The notes under the pieces are model-generated. The model was not told where the DNA came from, did no database searches, and saw only the letters and a list, made by a program, of their open reading frames with translations. A stretch of DNA of 64,000 bases, taken from positions 4,800,001 to 4,864,000 of the forward strand of contig CBDCJO010000002.1 in assembly GCA_965217865.1 (NCBI GenBank), in the 5' to 3' direction. Of this stretch, positions 1-11,154 are shown piece after piece. Position numbers and translations under genes: made by a program. This stretch comes from Candidatus Latescibacterota bacterium. Its GTDB lineage: Bacteria; Latescibacterota; UBA2968; SICM01. Numbering within the stretch: position 1 is the stretch's first letter; each line of letters starts with the position of its first letter.

Positions 1-763
1 CAATAACGTCAACGACTCCGAGGAAAGTATCCTGGAAGAAGCTTTGTGTTGGGTAATCAGGTGACTGAGTAAGTCCCGTCACATAAGCGCTTCCGGATGC
101 ATCCACTGCGATTCCCTGGCCCCGATCAAAGTTGTTGCCACCGAGGTATGTGGAGTAGACCAGAGCAGATCCGGATGGATTTATCTTTGTCACGAATAGG
201 TCAATGAAACCTCCAGAAATGGGCTGCAAGGGACTCATCGTGGGGAAGTTACTGGACCTGGTTTGTCCGGTTAAATAGGCGTTTCCGGAAGCGTCAACCG
301 CGATGCTGTAGCCTACATCTCCCCCATTACCGCCGAGGTAAGTGGAGTAAATCAGCGCCGATCCCGAAGCATTCAGTTTCGTAATAAATGCGTCTTCGCC
401 GCCTGCACCAAAAGATGGCTGGAAGGGATTCTCCAAGGGGAAATCATTCGACTGGGTGAATCCTGTTACGTAGGCGCTTCCGGATACATCCACGGCGATG
501 CCATGGCCATGATCAGTTGAGCTGCCTCCGAGGTAGGTGGCGTAGAGCAAACCAGATCCAGAAGGATTCAGCTTCGCTATAAACACGTCGAAGTCTCCCC
601 CAGAAGCAACTTGGAAGGGATTTTCTGTAGGGAAATCACTCGAACCGGTGAGCCCTGTTACGTAAGCGCTTCCGGATGCATCAACGGCGATGCCAAGGCC
701 TCGATCAAAGCCGCTACCCCCCAGAAATGTAGAATAGATTAATACCGGGTCTACTTTTAAGTG
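1..763 (-). pseudogene. SBBP (beta-propeller) repeat protein, 5'-truncated, runs off the window edge
   Basis: Manual translation of a frame absent from the ORF track: VDPVLIYSTFLGGSGFDRGLGIAVDASGSAYVTG..., with repeated 'YSTYLGG...GIAVDASG.AYVTG.T.S.DFP' units. In-frame TAG at 764-766 directly upstream and no start codon before the first repeat. Confidence 0.8.
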
Positions 764-1433
764 CTACCAAATATTCTGCTGAAGAATCAAAAGCGGGAAG
801 TTTTCTATATTTAGTCTCCCAATTTTCCTGTTTTAGAACATAATCCCAATTAAATTCGTATCCAAGGAATCCATTTAACCGTTTTTGCGCCAGCATTTTA
901 AACCCAACTAAAATCGTACTAACATCATGCTTTTTGATATCTGTCGCTGTTTTCCACTTATCTCCATAATTAAATCCTCGCTTTACACCAATTACTAATC
1001 CTTTGAGGGATTCCAACCCTCTCCACTCAATCGGATCATCCACTCGAACATAAACCAAAAAATTCGCTTGATTAACCGGTTCGTCAGAATAATGAAAGAT
1101 CCTTTTTCGTTCGGTGTTTTTACCAGTCGGAAAAAGGATATCTGCTTTTCCATTTTTGACATTGTTCATAGCCCTTGCCCAGGGAGTAATTGACAAATGG
1201 ATGGTATATCCCATTTTATGAAAGCTCTCTCTTAAAACATCCCAACTGTAGCCCTGAAATCCCACAGCATCCTTACCTACTGGGATAATCTGATCTGATT
1301 CGAATTTTCCCACGGTTATACAAAAAGGAGCATAATCTTCCAAGGTTGCGATTTTAATTATATTTTCCTCAGCATAACTAGAAAAACTGATTGACAATAA
1401 AACAAAAATACAAGAAAAAATCTTGCAGCACAT
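714..1433 (-). CDS. Family-3 (amino-acid type) periplasmic solute-binding protein, probably C-terminally truncated
   Basis: Signal peptide, 'EDYAPF', 'PWARAMNNVKNGKAD', 'L.GL.IGV.RGFNYG'. AT-rich. The last ~12 residues are read out of frame from the SBBP gene. Confidence 0.75.
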   Translation of the reverse strand: MCCKIFSCIFVLLSISFSSYAEENIIKIATLEDYAPFCITVGKFESDQIIPVGKDAVGFQGYSWDVLRESFHKMGYTIHLSITPWARAMNNVKNGKADILFPTGKNTERKRIFHYSDEPVNQANFLVYVRVDDPIEWRGLESLKGLVIGVKRGFNYGDKWKTATDIKKHDVSTILVGFKMLAQKRLNGFLGYEFNWDYVLKQENWETKYRKLPAFDSSAEYLVALKSRPGINLFYISGG

Positions 1434-1699
1434 TTTACTCTCCCTTTTTTGATTATTAATTTTTTACCAAGCAACTGAGTCCAAACAGGCAGGAAATATC
1501 ATTGGTGTATGTCAATTGGGGCGGTGGGGGGCTGCTTTTTGCTCCCTTATGTTTTCTCATCACACAAAAAACAACATGCGCGCTTAACTTACGGAATCCC
1601 TGAACTCCTATGTAGATTCCATCATTTCGGCATATCTCCCGTCCTCCGCAGATACCTTCCCACGAAGTAGTAATCCGTATTTGTTTGTAGATCCCCTTG

Positions 1700-2494
1700 C
1701 TATAGGAGGTCCGTTAGGTATTCCCCTGGAATACGTGATCCAGGATACTCAATCTCCGGATCGCGATTGGCGATGACTTCGGGGATTTCGCGATCCCAAT
1801 CCTCCGGGATCGTGGTGGGACGACCGTGCCAGGCCAGTATGAGGGTTCTTCGCACGTCTGTCCGGTTTCTGTGGGCAGAATGCAAGACGCGGGCATCGGC
1901 TAAAACCAGCGATCCCGCTTTGACTCGCACATCCACCTGATCCGGGTGATCCCTGAACATGATCGGATTGTCTTCCCCTTTGAACCGGGCTCCCTGTTCG
2001 TGCGCCGGAACCAGTTGGTCGTGCATCGGGATTCGCCTGTGATGGGTGCCAGGGATCACCTTGAGACAGCCATTTTCAACCGTCGTATCACTCAGGTAGT
2101 AGGACAGGAAAATCGTCTGTGGCCACGGTGAACAGCTGAACGGATCATTCCATCGCATCCAATCCTGATGCCAGTAGAGTGCGAGCTCTCCAGGATCCTT
2201 CGTAAGAATGATAATCCCTCCATTGCTCACGAAATCACCAAAACCTAACTGTTCGAGTGCCTGTCGCGACGGTTCCCATTCCAACAGCTTTTGAATCACA
2301 CGGTTGTCCTCGCCACGCTCACTTACGTGTTGACCTTGATACTTCATGTCATCCGGAGGCTCGTGTGCGTCGATCAAGCGTTCCGACTCTTCGTGCAGTT
2401 CCTGAAGAAAGTCCTCCGTCAAGATATCGTCTATCACGCAGTAACCATCGCGAATCACCTGTTCCCGCTTGTCCCTGGCCATTTCGGGTGTCAT
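1700..2494 (-). CDS. Phytanoyl-CoA dioxygenase (PhyH) family Fe(II)/2OG enzyme
   Basis: 'RDGYCVI', WHQD (HxD), 'NGCLKVIPGTH', distal 'HSAHRNRTDVRR'. Confidence 0.9.
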   Translation of the reverse strand: MTPEMARDKREQVIRDGYCVIDDILTEDFLQELHEESERLIDAHEPPDDMKYQGQHVSERGEDNRVIQKLLEWEPSRQALEQLGFGDFVSNGGIIILTKDPGELALYWHQDWMRWNDPFSCSPWPQTIFLSYYLSDTTVENGCLKVIPGTHHRRIPMHDQLVPAHEQGARFKGEDNPIMFRDHPDQVDVRVKAGSLVLADARVLHSAHRNRTDVRRTLILAWHGRPTTIPEDWDREIPEVIANRDPEIEYPGSRIPGEYLTDLL

Positions 2495-2586
2495 ATCAAC
2501 CCTCCAATACGCTCGATAAGCGCAAGTCTATCGGCGTTTCGGACTACGCCTATAATGCCTGGAAACTCTCGTTAGCGGTTTCCCGA

Positions 2587-3772
2587 TCACGATTTCTCCC
2601 TGGTCAAGACACGGCCGGATTGGGGGGGGAGGGACAGGTGAAGGCCTCCTTGAACAGTCTCGAGCTTTGAGCCGGAATAGACGTCAAAAAAGCCGGAACC
2701 TTCTGCGGGGGAGATGGTGATTGCTCTTTCACTCTCTGTGGAGTTGACCGCGACGAGTCCGTTCTCGAACCATCGAAAGTGAATTCGGTCGCTCTCCTGT
2801 ATGCCGGATTCAGCTCGACCGGTGCGTAGGGATAGCAGCTCCCGGGCGGGATGTTCCCTCAGAGTGAACCAGTCGGCCCAGTGAAAACCCGAGAGCTTGG
2901 CACAGGCGTAGCAGAAATAGGCATCGTCTTTGATATCAAAAGGTGTGTCCCCAAGGTAGCTCAGGGCGACGACGGTTTTTCCGTGTGACAGGGCATCTTT
3001 GCATTGGTGCGCCATGTCCATAATCTTGTTCCAGTCGTGCCGACGATCTTTGGATGGCCCGCCGCATATGTAGGATTCGTACATCATGGCGTCTCCATAT
3101 TTCCAGTAATCCGGGACCACACCGCCGGGGATTTAGCATGACCAGCTTGTCTGCGCTATCGACTTTCACAAGCTTGTTGACGCGTTTCAGCAGCTGTTTA
3201 TAGGTGTCTTTGTTGTTCTTGTCCGGCTCCACGTGCTCGTGCTTGCCCAGTTCCGCCCCAAAACACTCGGTACAGGGGTGAACGTTGTCGATGAAAAGCC
3301 CGTCCGCACCGAGATCCATTAACTTTTGCACCGCCCGAAGGGTCGCTTCGGCGTAACCCGGTGCGTTAGTGCAGACCTGCTGCCACTCGGCCGGATATTT
3401 TGGCGTATCGAAAGGCCTCCGCACTTCACCGTCCTTCTGATAGAGCATCCATTCAGGGTGGTTCCCCAGGTCCAATTCCTTCCAGAACGGCGAATCCTGG
3501 TTGATGTGCTGGCCCGGATTCCCCTCTCGCCTTTCAGTGACATTCATGGACTTGTAGAAGCTGACGTAGGGTATCACTTTCACGCCCTGGGCGTGGGCCT
3601 TGTCGATCCACTCCCTGGTGTGCGGCACACCTACGACGAGGGGAAGGCCTTTCAGGCGGTTCTTCACGACTTCATCGCTCCATGGCTGATACCAGCCGTT
3701 GTAGACCTCGGCCCTCCTGAACCACTCCGGCGCGGGATTGCCGAATTCCTGTTGATCACGAGACTCGTTCAT
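2587..3772 (-). pseudogene. Putative glycoside-hydrolase-like TIM-barrel protein split by a +1 frameshift
   Basis: ORFs 2936..3772 and 2587..3120 join as ...MLNPGGVVPDYWKY... if one base of the G4 run at 3127-3130 is removed. Motifs 'HPEWMLYQKDG', 'GADGLFIDN', 'MMYES', 'FRWFENGLVAVN'. Confidence 0.7.
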
Positions 3773-4016
3773 AATGTCGTCTCCATCAGGGATCGGTTAA
3801 GAGATAGTGGTACCTGGAGAATTTCCTGCAAAAAACCACTATTTTGTCGCAAGAACGTACGTCTCGCGCTTTTCCGTCTCAATCTTATCTGCCTGGAAAA
3901 GGCCACTGGGAGCCACAGGTGGTAAAGTCGTAAATGAAAACTTCAGTTCTGCTCGTGGAGCTTTCCTCCTCATGCCGGGCCCGTGCTCAGCAAATTAGGT
4001 CCACCGATCACATCTA

Positions 4017-5738
4017 TCAGCCGCCGCTGTTGACGTAGTACCTTCCGATGGTGCGTTCCCCGAGCCGGTCCATGGGCGTCAGTTGGGTGGGGAAGGCGGG
4101 CTCGAAACCGTACTCTCCCGGGATGCCTGGGTCGACCTCTGCCTCGGCCCATTCTCTCACCTGGTCCACGTGGCCCAGTCTCCACTTGACGGCCCAGTCT
4201 GCAATATCATTCGATTGACTGTCCCAGAAGAAGACACCGTCGAGGCCGGCAGCGTAGGCCTCGTGCGTCCTCTCCGCCCCTTCCTTGGGGGTGCGGCAGG
4301 CATAGCTCAGCATGGGGCATATCTTGCAATCCGATGCCCTGTGGAGCTGGGCGAAAAAGTCCACATCGAAGGCACCGTGGGGATGGGGCCAGGGATAGAT
4401 CATCGGAATGAGCATGTCGACAAGGCCTTCCGCCACCCATGTCCTGAGATCCAGACCTAAGCGCAGGTTCATCTCTTCGTCGCAGAAGACATTCGCGGAG
4501 ATCTCAAGTCGCTTTCCGTATTTCTCTTCCAGTTCGTCGCGTAACGACTTCAGGCTGCGCATGAAAGAGGTAAGAGTCTGTGCTTTATATTTAAGCCAGG
4601 CTGGGTCCATCTCGTCGATTTCCCGGGGATCGCGGCCATCTGCTTGTTTGAATCCTTCGACGAGGGGCTCTTCGTAGAGGAGGAATACAGGACCCCGGAT
4701 GTAGAGCACGTTGAAACCTGAAAGCAGGTCGATATGGCCCTCGACGCCTTCGCGGATAATCGCTTGAACGTATTCCCGCACCTGGGGAAAGACGTAGCTC
4801 ATAGTCGGTATCTCGGCGCCGTCACGATCGCGACAGCGCCACTCGGGGTGCGCTTGGTAGAAAGGGCTTTCTCGGCCGTTGGACGGATCTGAATTCTCAT
4901 AGAAAGACCACATCCCGATCCGGAAGCACAGGTGGGTTTCCATGCCCACCTCGTGAGCCTTCTTCGAGACCAGGTGGATGGGATCCAGGCCGCGCTCGTA
5001 AAGGGACTTCAACTCCCCTGCGTATCTGGCCCAGCTGGCGTCGTCGCGCGCAAAATCTGTGTAGACGAGCTGCCCTGCTCCGAGGACCTCTTCCACTCTG
5101 GAGGCCAGAGTGACGCCGATTCTGGTAGGGTACTCGGTCACGTCAAGTCTCGTGGACAGGAAAAACTTGGTCACGTCCGAATGTCTGTAGGGCTCTATCT
5201 GTTCGCACACCGCCTCCTCTGTTGTGAGATCCTCTGTGTCCACCTTTGCGATGACGATCTTGTCGGGCCTGTTCTTCCGTTCGGCTTCGAGCTCTTCTGC
5301 CGAGATAGGCACGAGCCTGATCCACGCCAATCCCGCCCGCTTGCCAGCCTCCTGGGCGATGAGAAGGTTTTGGCCGGTCAGGTTGGCCGATTTCCAGAAG
5401 CCTTCCTGGATCACGGGCCACTTGGAGGGGGCGTCGTAGGAGAGAAAGCGGAAGCAGGGATCGCCGCTGAGCTTAATTTTCACCGCATTCCCGCGCGGCC
5501 GGCTTGGCGGACCTTTAGGATCCCAGACACCGACGTGAATGGCGTAGAATCCTTCCAGATCGAGCGCATAGCTGAGCTGAGGGGCTTCTACGACTCCAAA
5601 GGCCATGAGACATACCCCTTCGACACCTGGAGCTTCGTAGGTACGAGCGATCCAGCGATCCTTATCAGCTCTAAAGGACAAGGCCGCAGCTGGCGTGCAC
5701 TTGCTCATATCACTCAGAAAAATCTCTGTTCGGGCCAT
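4017..5738 (-). CDS. GHL10-like putative glycoside hydrolase (N-terminal beta domain + TIM barrel), paralogue 2
   Basis: 'KAHEVGME.HLCFR', 'FYQAHPEWRC', 'MSYVFPQVR', 'GLDLRTWVAEGLVD', 'GLDGVFFWD'. Confidence 0.7.
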   Translation of the reverse strand: MARTEIFLSDMSKCTPAAALSFRADKDRWIARTYEAPGVEGVCLMAFGVVEAPQLSYALDLEGFYAIHVGVWDPKGPPSRPRGNAVKIKLSGDPCFRFLSYDAPSKWPVIQEGFWKSANLTGQNLLIAQEAGKRAGLAWIRLVPISAEELEAERKNRPDKIVIAKVDTEDLTTEEAVCEQIEPYRHSDVTKFFLSTRLDVTEYPTRIGVTLASRVEEVLGAGQLVYTDFARDDASWARYAGELKSLYERGLDPIHLVSKKAHEVGMETHLCFRIGMWSFYENSDPSNGRESPFYQAHPEWRCRDRDGAEIPTMSYVFPQVREYVQAIIREGVEGHIDLLSGFNVLYIRGPVFLLYEEPLVEGFKQADGRDPREIDEMDPAWLKYKAQTLTSFMRSLKSLRDELEEKYGKRLEISANVFCDEEMNLRLGLDLRTWVAEGLVDMLIPMIYPWPHPHGAFDVDFFAQLHRASDCKICPMLSYACRTPKEGAERTHEAYAAGLDGVFFWDSQSNDIADWAVKWRLGHVDQVREWAEAEVDPGIPGEYGFEPAFPTQLTPMDRLGERTIGRYYVNSGG

Positions 5739-5819
5739 CTCGTTTTCCTTCGATTTGAAATGTCAGTCTTAAACTCCTGCCACCTACTACTGCTACTGCT
5801 TTTTTCCGACCCTGACTTT

Positions 5820-7527
5820 TCAGCCGCCGCTGTTGACGTAATACCTGCCTATGATCCGCTCCCCGAGCCGTTCTATGCGCGTCAGTTTGGTGGGAAATGC
5901 GGGTGGAGAACCGTATTCTCCAGGGATACCTGGATCGACTTCTGCTTCCGCCCACTCCCGCACCTGATCCACGTTTCCTAATTTGCGCATGACCGACCAG
6001 GACGCCATACCACCGGTGTCGGTATCCCAGAAGAAGACCCCGTCCATGCCGGCTGTATAGCATTCGTTCGCCCGTTCGGCTATATCCTTGGCCGTTTCGC
6101 ACACGTAACTCAGAAGGGGACATACCTTGCATGTCGAAATCCTCTGGAGGTCGCTGAAAAATTCAGGCTCGAATTCGCCGTAGGGATATGGCCAGGGGTT
6201 GATCAAAGGGATGAGCAGATCCACCAGGCCTTCCTCTACCCAGGCTCTCAGATCCAGACCAAACCTCAGGTTCATCTCCTCGCAGTTGAAGACATTGGCC
6301 GAGATCTCGAGCCGCTTGCCATATTTCTCTTCCAGATCGTCCCGTAACGACTTCAGGCCGCGCATGAACTCGGTCAGCGCCTGTGCTCTGTAGCGGAGCC
6401 ATGCCGGGTCCATCTGGTCGATCTCCCGCGGATCGCGCCCGTCCGCCTCCTTGAACCCCTGGACGAGCGGCTCTTCGTAGAGCAGGAACACCGGCCCCCG
6501 AATATAGAGCACATTAAACCCGGCGAGGAGCTCTATGTGACGCTCGGCGACCTCGCGGATTAGGGACTGGGTGTGCGCGCGCACTTCAGGAAAGGCGTAG
6601 CTCATCTTGGAGATGGGGGGCGCCATCCCTGTCGCGGCAGCGCCACTCGGGATGCGCCGTGTAAAACGGGCTTTCGAAGATTTTAGACGGGTCCGCATTC
6701 TCGTATACCGACCACAATCCGATTCTATGGCTCAGATGGGGCTCCATACCCACCTCGCGCGCCTTCTCCGCAATCAGGTTGATCGGATCCAGACCGCGCT
6801 CGAATAGGGACTTCAACGTCTCCACGTACTCTACCCAGTATTCCTCGTCGAGTACGTGGTCTGGAAAAACAACCTTGCCTGTTCTCAGAGCCTCTTCTAT
6901 CCGGGCAACTCTATTGGCTTCGATCTCTGAGGTGGTCAGGAAAATCCGGGTGAAGTCTGTGTGCCTGTAGGGTTCGATCGTTTGGTTCACCCCCTCCTCC
7001 GTTTGCCCACATGCCAGACTCCACGCGTCCACCTTGGCTATGATAATCCTCTCGGGTCGGCGCTCCCGCTCCTTCTTCACCTCCTCTGCAGTAAGCGGGA
7101 CCAGCCTGATCCATGCCACGCCCGCCCGCATCCCCGCCTCCTGCGCTATGATCAAGTCTACCCCCGTCAGGTCGGCGCATTTCCACAAGCCCTCTTGTAC
7201 CACCATCCACTTGGAGGGTGCGTCGTAGGAGAGGACTCTGAAGCATGGATCCCCGCTAAGCTTCAACTTCAACCCATTCCCGCGCGGCCGGCTGCCCGAT
7301 CCCCGAGGGTCGAGGATGCCCACGTAGATGGCGTAAAACCCTTCCAAGTCAAGCGAGTAGCTGATTTCCGGCACCTGCATGTTGTCAAACGCCATGAGGC
7401 ACACCCCCTCGATCTCTGGAGCCTCATACTCGCGCGCAATCCAGCATGTTTTATCGCTTTCAAAGGTAAAGGCCGAGGACGGCGTGCACTTGCTCATATC
7501 GTTCAGGCGGACCTCTTCTCGCGCCAT
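5820..7527 (-). pseudogene. GHL10-like putative glycoside hydrolase, paralogue 1, +1 frameshift
   Basis: ORFs 6586..7527 and 5820..6698 are collinear with 4017..5738. Removing one G of the G6 run at 6615-6620 gives RDRDGAPISKMSYAFP, matching RDRDGAEIPTMSYVFP in the paralogue. Confidence 0.8.
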
Positions 7528-7946
7528 TCTACTTACCTCCTTTTACATGATAAATCAGTTCCGGCACGTCATAACCGTTGGCCTTCCGTATCAAGCCGGC
7601 TCAATGGGGTTGCAGAAGGGGTCGTGTTGAGTAAAAGATAAGGGTTTGAGGGAAGGGGGAAAAGAAAAACCCACAGTCTTTTCAGTGGGGATGCAGGTGG
7701 GGAGCAGAAATTGGACAGACAGGCAGGTGGACAGAATCAGGAGGGGACGTGAGTTATTGAGGCATTTTTTATAGTGGTAGAGGGGGACTGGATAGGGTAT
7801 TAGCAATTAAAAAAATCCAGATCGGTTTTCGATCCGGAGCCGGATGTCTCGGGTAATCGTCGGTACTGTCGGACCCATCAGACAGGTTGAACTAAAGACT
7901 CCGAAAGCATGTCTTTTGCGCCCTGCCTTTTCGGGCCCATCCATCG

Positions 7947-8438
7947 TTACACCGTGGATGCAGCGAACTCCTTGGCCAGGTCTACATCCTCCCCTTTGCC
8001 CTTCTTCTGGACTTTCGAGACGTATTCGTTGTTTTCCCTGAGGCGCACCACCAGGATCTTCAGAAGGTTGTTGTAGATTTTCATACCCATGTCGGCATCC
8101 AAATTCAACAGATCTGTGAATCCTCTCCTCCTGATGACCAGAACATTCACCGGTTCCAACGCCGTGATCGTCGCACAGCGGGGGGTATTCGTGACGAGTC
8201 CCATTTCCCCCACGATCTCTCCGGTATCGATCTGAGACAGTAGGTGTCCGTTGGTCGCAGTGATCTTAAGGGATCCCGAGATCAGGATGAACATCTCATT
8301 GCTGGGTTCCCCGGCACTACAGAGGACTTCGTTTTTTTTATAAGCCCGTGATTTACATTCCCTGAGGAACTGCTGGACCTGGTATTGGGAAAGGCCGTTG
8401 AAGACGGGAATTTTCTGGATGACTTTTGCGAAGTCCAT
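7947..8438 (-). CDS. Stand-alone cyclic nucleotide-binding domain protein
   Basis: 'IPVFNGL', 'EMFILISG', 'GEIVGEMGL...PRCATITA'. ATG at 8438 preceded by GGAGG. Confidence 0.85.
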   Translation of the reverse strand: MDFAKVIQKIPVFNGLSQYQVQQFLRECKSRAYKKNEVLCSAGEPSNEMFILISGSLKITATNGHLLSQIDTGEIVGEMGLVTNTPRCATITALEPVNVLVIRRRGFTDLLNLDADMGMKIYNNLLKILVVRLRENNEYVSKVQKKGKGEDVDLAKEFAASTV

Positions 8439-8521
8439 ACCGCCTCCTGATTTGGACGTGGATGGGGGATATCGGCTGGATTTGCGTATCCTGTTTGGGT
8501 GGGAACTGCGTGTCCTCCCCT

Positions 8522-11041
8522 TCACTCCACAGTCCTGCCAAACTGTTCGGCGAAAAGGAAGAAGTCTGAAAAGTCGATGTTTCCGTCTGTGTTGAGGTCG
8601 AAACGGTCATCGAAGAGGGACTCGCCGTCCGAGGTCCCGAAGACCGTCGCGAAGAGGAAGAAGTCGGAAAGCCCCACCTTTCCGCTTCCGTCGAAATCAG
8701 CGGCAGTTATGAGGCTATTGTCGAACTCAACAAGAATATTACGATTTCGAAACGCGATGTCACGAGGGCCTTCTGGGAGGCTGAGTGTGCGAAGTATGAG
8801 GTGGGTGTTCACATCGATGACGATCAGGTTGTCGGAGTCCTGATTGGCCAGGTATATCGAGCTCCCGTCCGCGGTGACGGCGATCCCCCTTGTGTTCTGG
8901 CCGGGGACGGGTATCACACGTTGGACCCGGTTGGTTGCGGTGTCGATTATGATCAGGTTATTCGTGAAGTCGGACACGAAGGCCGTTTTGCCGTCCCGGG
9001 AGACCACGATCCCGAAAGCCCTCGCGGTGGGCGCCAAATCCACGGTCGCGACCACGGTGTCCGCCGCCGTGTTGACGACAGAGACACCCGCTCCCTCGGA
9101 CAACCCCGTTACGTAAAGGCGTTTCTCATCAGGTGCCAGGGCAAGAGATCGCGGTTGTGAAACAACGGGGATTCGAGCGACTTCTGTCCCGACGTCGGGG
9201 TCGAGGACGACGACGACATTTTCGTCTATGTTGGTCACATAGATGCGCCTCCTGCGGGAGGAGACCGCGATACCATAGGGGCCTGCCCCGGAGGCGCCCC
9301 GGAAGGATATTTTGCGGACGTGTTCGCCTCTGTCCAGATCGATGACGGAGACCGTTCCTTCATCGGTGTTGTTGACGTAGAGGAATTTTGCATCGGCTGA
9401 AGGTGCCAGGTTCACCGGATCCCGTCCGACGGGTACGGTTGCGAAGACCCGGTTGGTGGCTGTTTCGATCAGGGTCACGCTGTTGCTGATCCGGTTTGCG
9501 ACGCAGATCAGTTTTTCGTCCGGGGTGATGGTCAGGCCGATGGGGTCCTCTCCGACGGAGATTCGAGCGACCTCTACAAGGGAGGAGGGGTCGGGACCGG
9601 TGTCGAGGACGGAGACCTCATTCGACTCTCGCATGGCCACATAGGCGATGGGTTTCCCGGAGAGGTCGAGGATCTTTAACCGAAGGGGTGGGGCGCTCCC
9701 GGTCGGGAAGGTCGAGACGTTCCCATCCGAGTCAATGGCTTCGATATGATATTCTATGGAGGTTCCCCGACTTTGTCCAGGAATTTCTCCTACGTAAATC
9801 CCCCCGGACCCATCCAGACGCATGGGCAGGGAGGTAGGGATCTCATCTCCCGATTCGTAAATGAGGGTAACATTGGAGAGGCCGATGTTATCCGTGACAA
9901 ATGCGCTGACAGCATATGGCCCCTCGGGATCCGGCGTGTTGGCCGGGGATTGAACTTCCCTGATGACCGGGAATCCAGGAACGAATAAGCCGGTGATGAA
10001 GTTGATGTCCCTCAACGTTTGGCCCCCCTGTATGCGGAGCTCCTCCCCCTGAATTCGATCGGGGACATTATCATAAAATTCCGGGGAAAAGTTGGTCTCG
10101 AATCGTTGCCGGAAGAAGATTCCGCTGAAATTCGAGGAGTTGATCGAGCCATTCAAGGGTTCAACTCCAACCGTATAGCGACCGGGCTCTAGCCCGATAA
10201 GTGCGTATTCCCCTCCTCCTTCCGGACCCATCAGGTATCCCGAAATTCCGCTAACGACAAAATTTCCGGTCGGATCGTATGCCACCACGTGAACGCCGAA
10301 AGCCCCGGCCCCGTCAGGCGTCGTCACGGTCCCTGAGATGCGGCCCGTTAAACTGAATTCCAAAGAGGGATAGAGAAAACCGACAGCCGCGATGTCGTCG
10401 GGTTTGAGCGTCCGGGTAGTGCCCTGGATCTCGAAATTGGTGAAGGGGTTCATCGTCGGCCTGCGGAGGGCCGGGCCGATCAGACCGGTATGGTCGATCC
10501 CGAGGAGATGGCCGATCTCGTGGGTGGCCACATCCTGAAGGTCTACGAAGGGATAACGGAGGAGCTGGGGGTTTGTCAGACTGAAACGGAAATCCCGGCC
10601 GTTGAAGACGATGTCTGTGTCGAAGATCTCACCCGTCCGATCGTCGGAATTGACACGCGTTAAGGCAACGATTCCTGCATCGCGTGGGGCGCTGACCTGT
10701 GCCCCGGTCTCATCGAAGGTGAGGACATTTTGCCCATCGCGTGAGCTGACAATCGGGGAATCCGCAGTCCCGCGGTCTTCGAATCTCATGGAAGTCACAG
10801 GCTGGGACGCCCACTGATTGAAGGAAGCCCTCAAGGTTCTAAAAGTGGCCTCCTTGTCGGGGATATCTTGGGATCCCCGGCTGTCGATGATGAACCGGAT
10901 CCCCCTTTGAGCCGTCAGATCGGGCCATCGGAGCTGTTTGTATTGGTCGTTCGGTCCTCGGGCGGTTTGGATGACAAATCCGGGCAGATCGACCGGGTAA
11001 AGGGGGATAATGAAAAGGGCAATCAGGAGGATCCGGGGCAT
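8522..11041 (-). CDS. Secreted M10/matrixin-type metallopeptidase with Ig-like domains, YVTN beta-propeller and C-terminal dockerin/EF-hand-like pair
   Basis: Signal peptide, HEIGHLLGIDH zinc motif plus Met-turn 'PTMNP', YVTN-type repeats, two 'DFD/DLN.DG.V/I..SDFFLFA..FG' repeats. Confidence 0.85.
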   Translation of the reverse strand: MPRILLIALFIIPLYPVDLPGFVIQTARGPNDQYKQLRWPDLTAQRGIRFIIDSRGSQDIPDKEATFRTLRASFNQWASQPVTSMRFEDRGTADSPIVSSRDGQNVLTFDETGAQVSAPRDAGIVALTRVNSDDRTGEIFDTDIVFNGRDFRFSLTNPQLLRYPFVDLQDVATHEIGHLLGIDHTGLIGPALRRPTMNPFTNFEIQGTTRTLKPDDIAAVGFLYPSLEFSLTGRISGTVTTPDGAGAFGVHVVAYDPTGNFVVSGISGYLMGPEGGGEYALIGLEPGRYTVGVEPLNGSINSSNFSGIFFRQRFETNFSPEFYDNVPDRIQGEELRIQGGQTLRDINFITGLFVPGFPVIREVQSPANTPDPEGPYAVSAFVTDNIGLSNVTLIYESGDEIPTSLPMRLDGSGGIYVGEIPGQSRGTSIEYHIEAIDSDGNVSTFPTGSAPPLRLKILDLSGKPIAYVAMRESNEVSVLDTGPDPSSLVEVARISVGEDPIGLTITPDEKLICVANRISNSVTLIETATNRVFATVPVGRDPVNLAPSADAKFLYVNNTDEGTVSVIDLDRGEHVRKISFRGASGAGPYGIAVSSRRRRIYVTNIDENVVVVLDPDVGTEVARIPVVSQPRSLALAPDEKRLYVTGLSEGAGVSVVNTAADTVVATVDLAPTARAFGIVVSRDGKTAFVSDFTNNLIIIDTATNRVQRVIPVPGQNTRGIAVTADGSSIYLANQDSDNLIVIDVNTHLILRTLSLPEGPRDIAFRNRNILVEFDNSLITAADFDGSGKVGLSDFFLFATVFGTSDGESLFDDRFDLNTDGNIDFSDFFLFAEQFGRTVE

Positions 11042-11154
11042 GGTCTTTTCGCAGTACCGGTTAATGAATCAGGTTTACAGATGATCGTGTTTCTCAGTCT
11101 GAACCTCAATTCGAATCTTCGTTGGTTTGATGCGCCAGAAGGGATTTCGTTCCC

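Noticed and set aside
4017-4030. C-terminal GG of the GH paralogues as a ubiquitin-like conjugation tag
   Set aside because: The proteins are large TIM barrels and no E1/ThiF or JAB genes are nearby.
4017-7527. Paralogue pair as DGR template/variable repeats
   Set aside because: Differences are spread across whole genes and not visibly adenine-specific; no reverse transcriptase in the window.
7590-7810. Purine-skewed non-coding stretch with an IS-end-like motif
   Set aside because: No partner repeat or transposase fragment could be identified.
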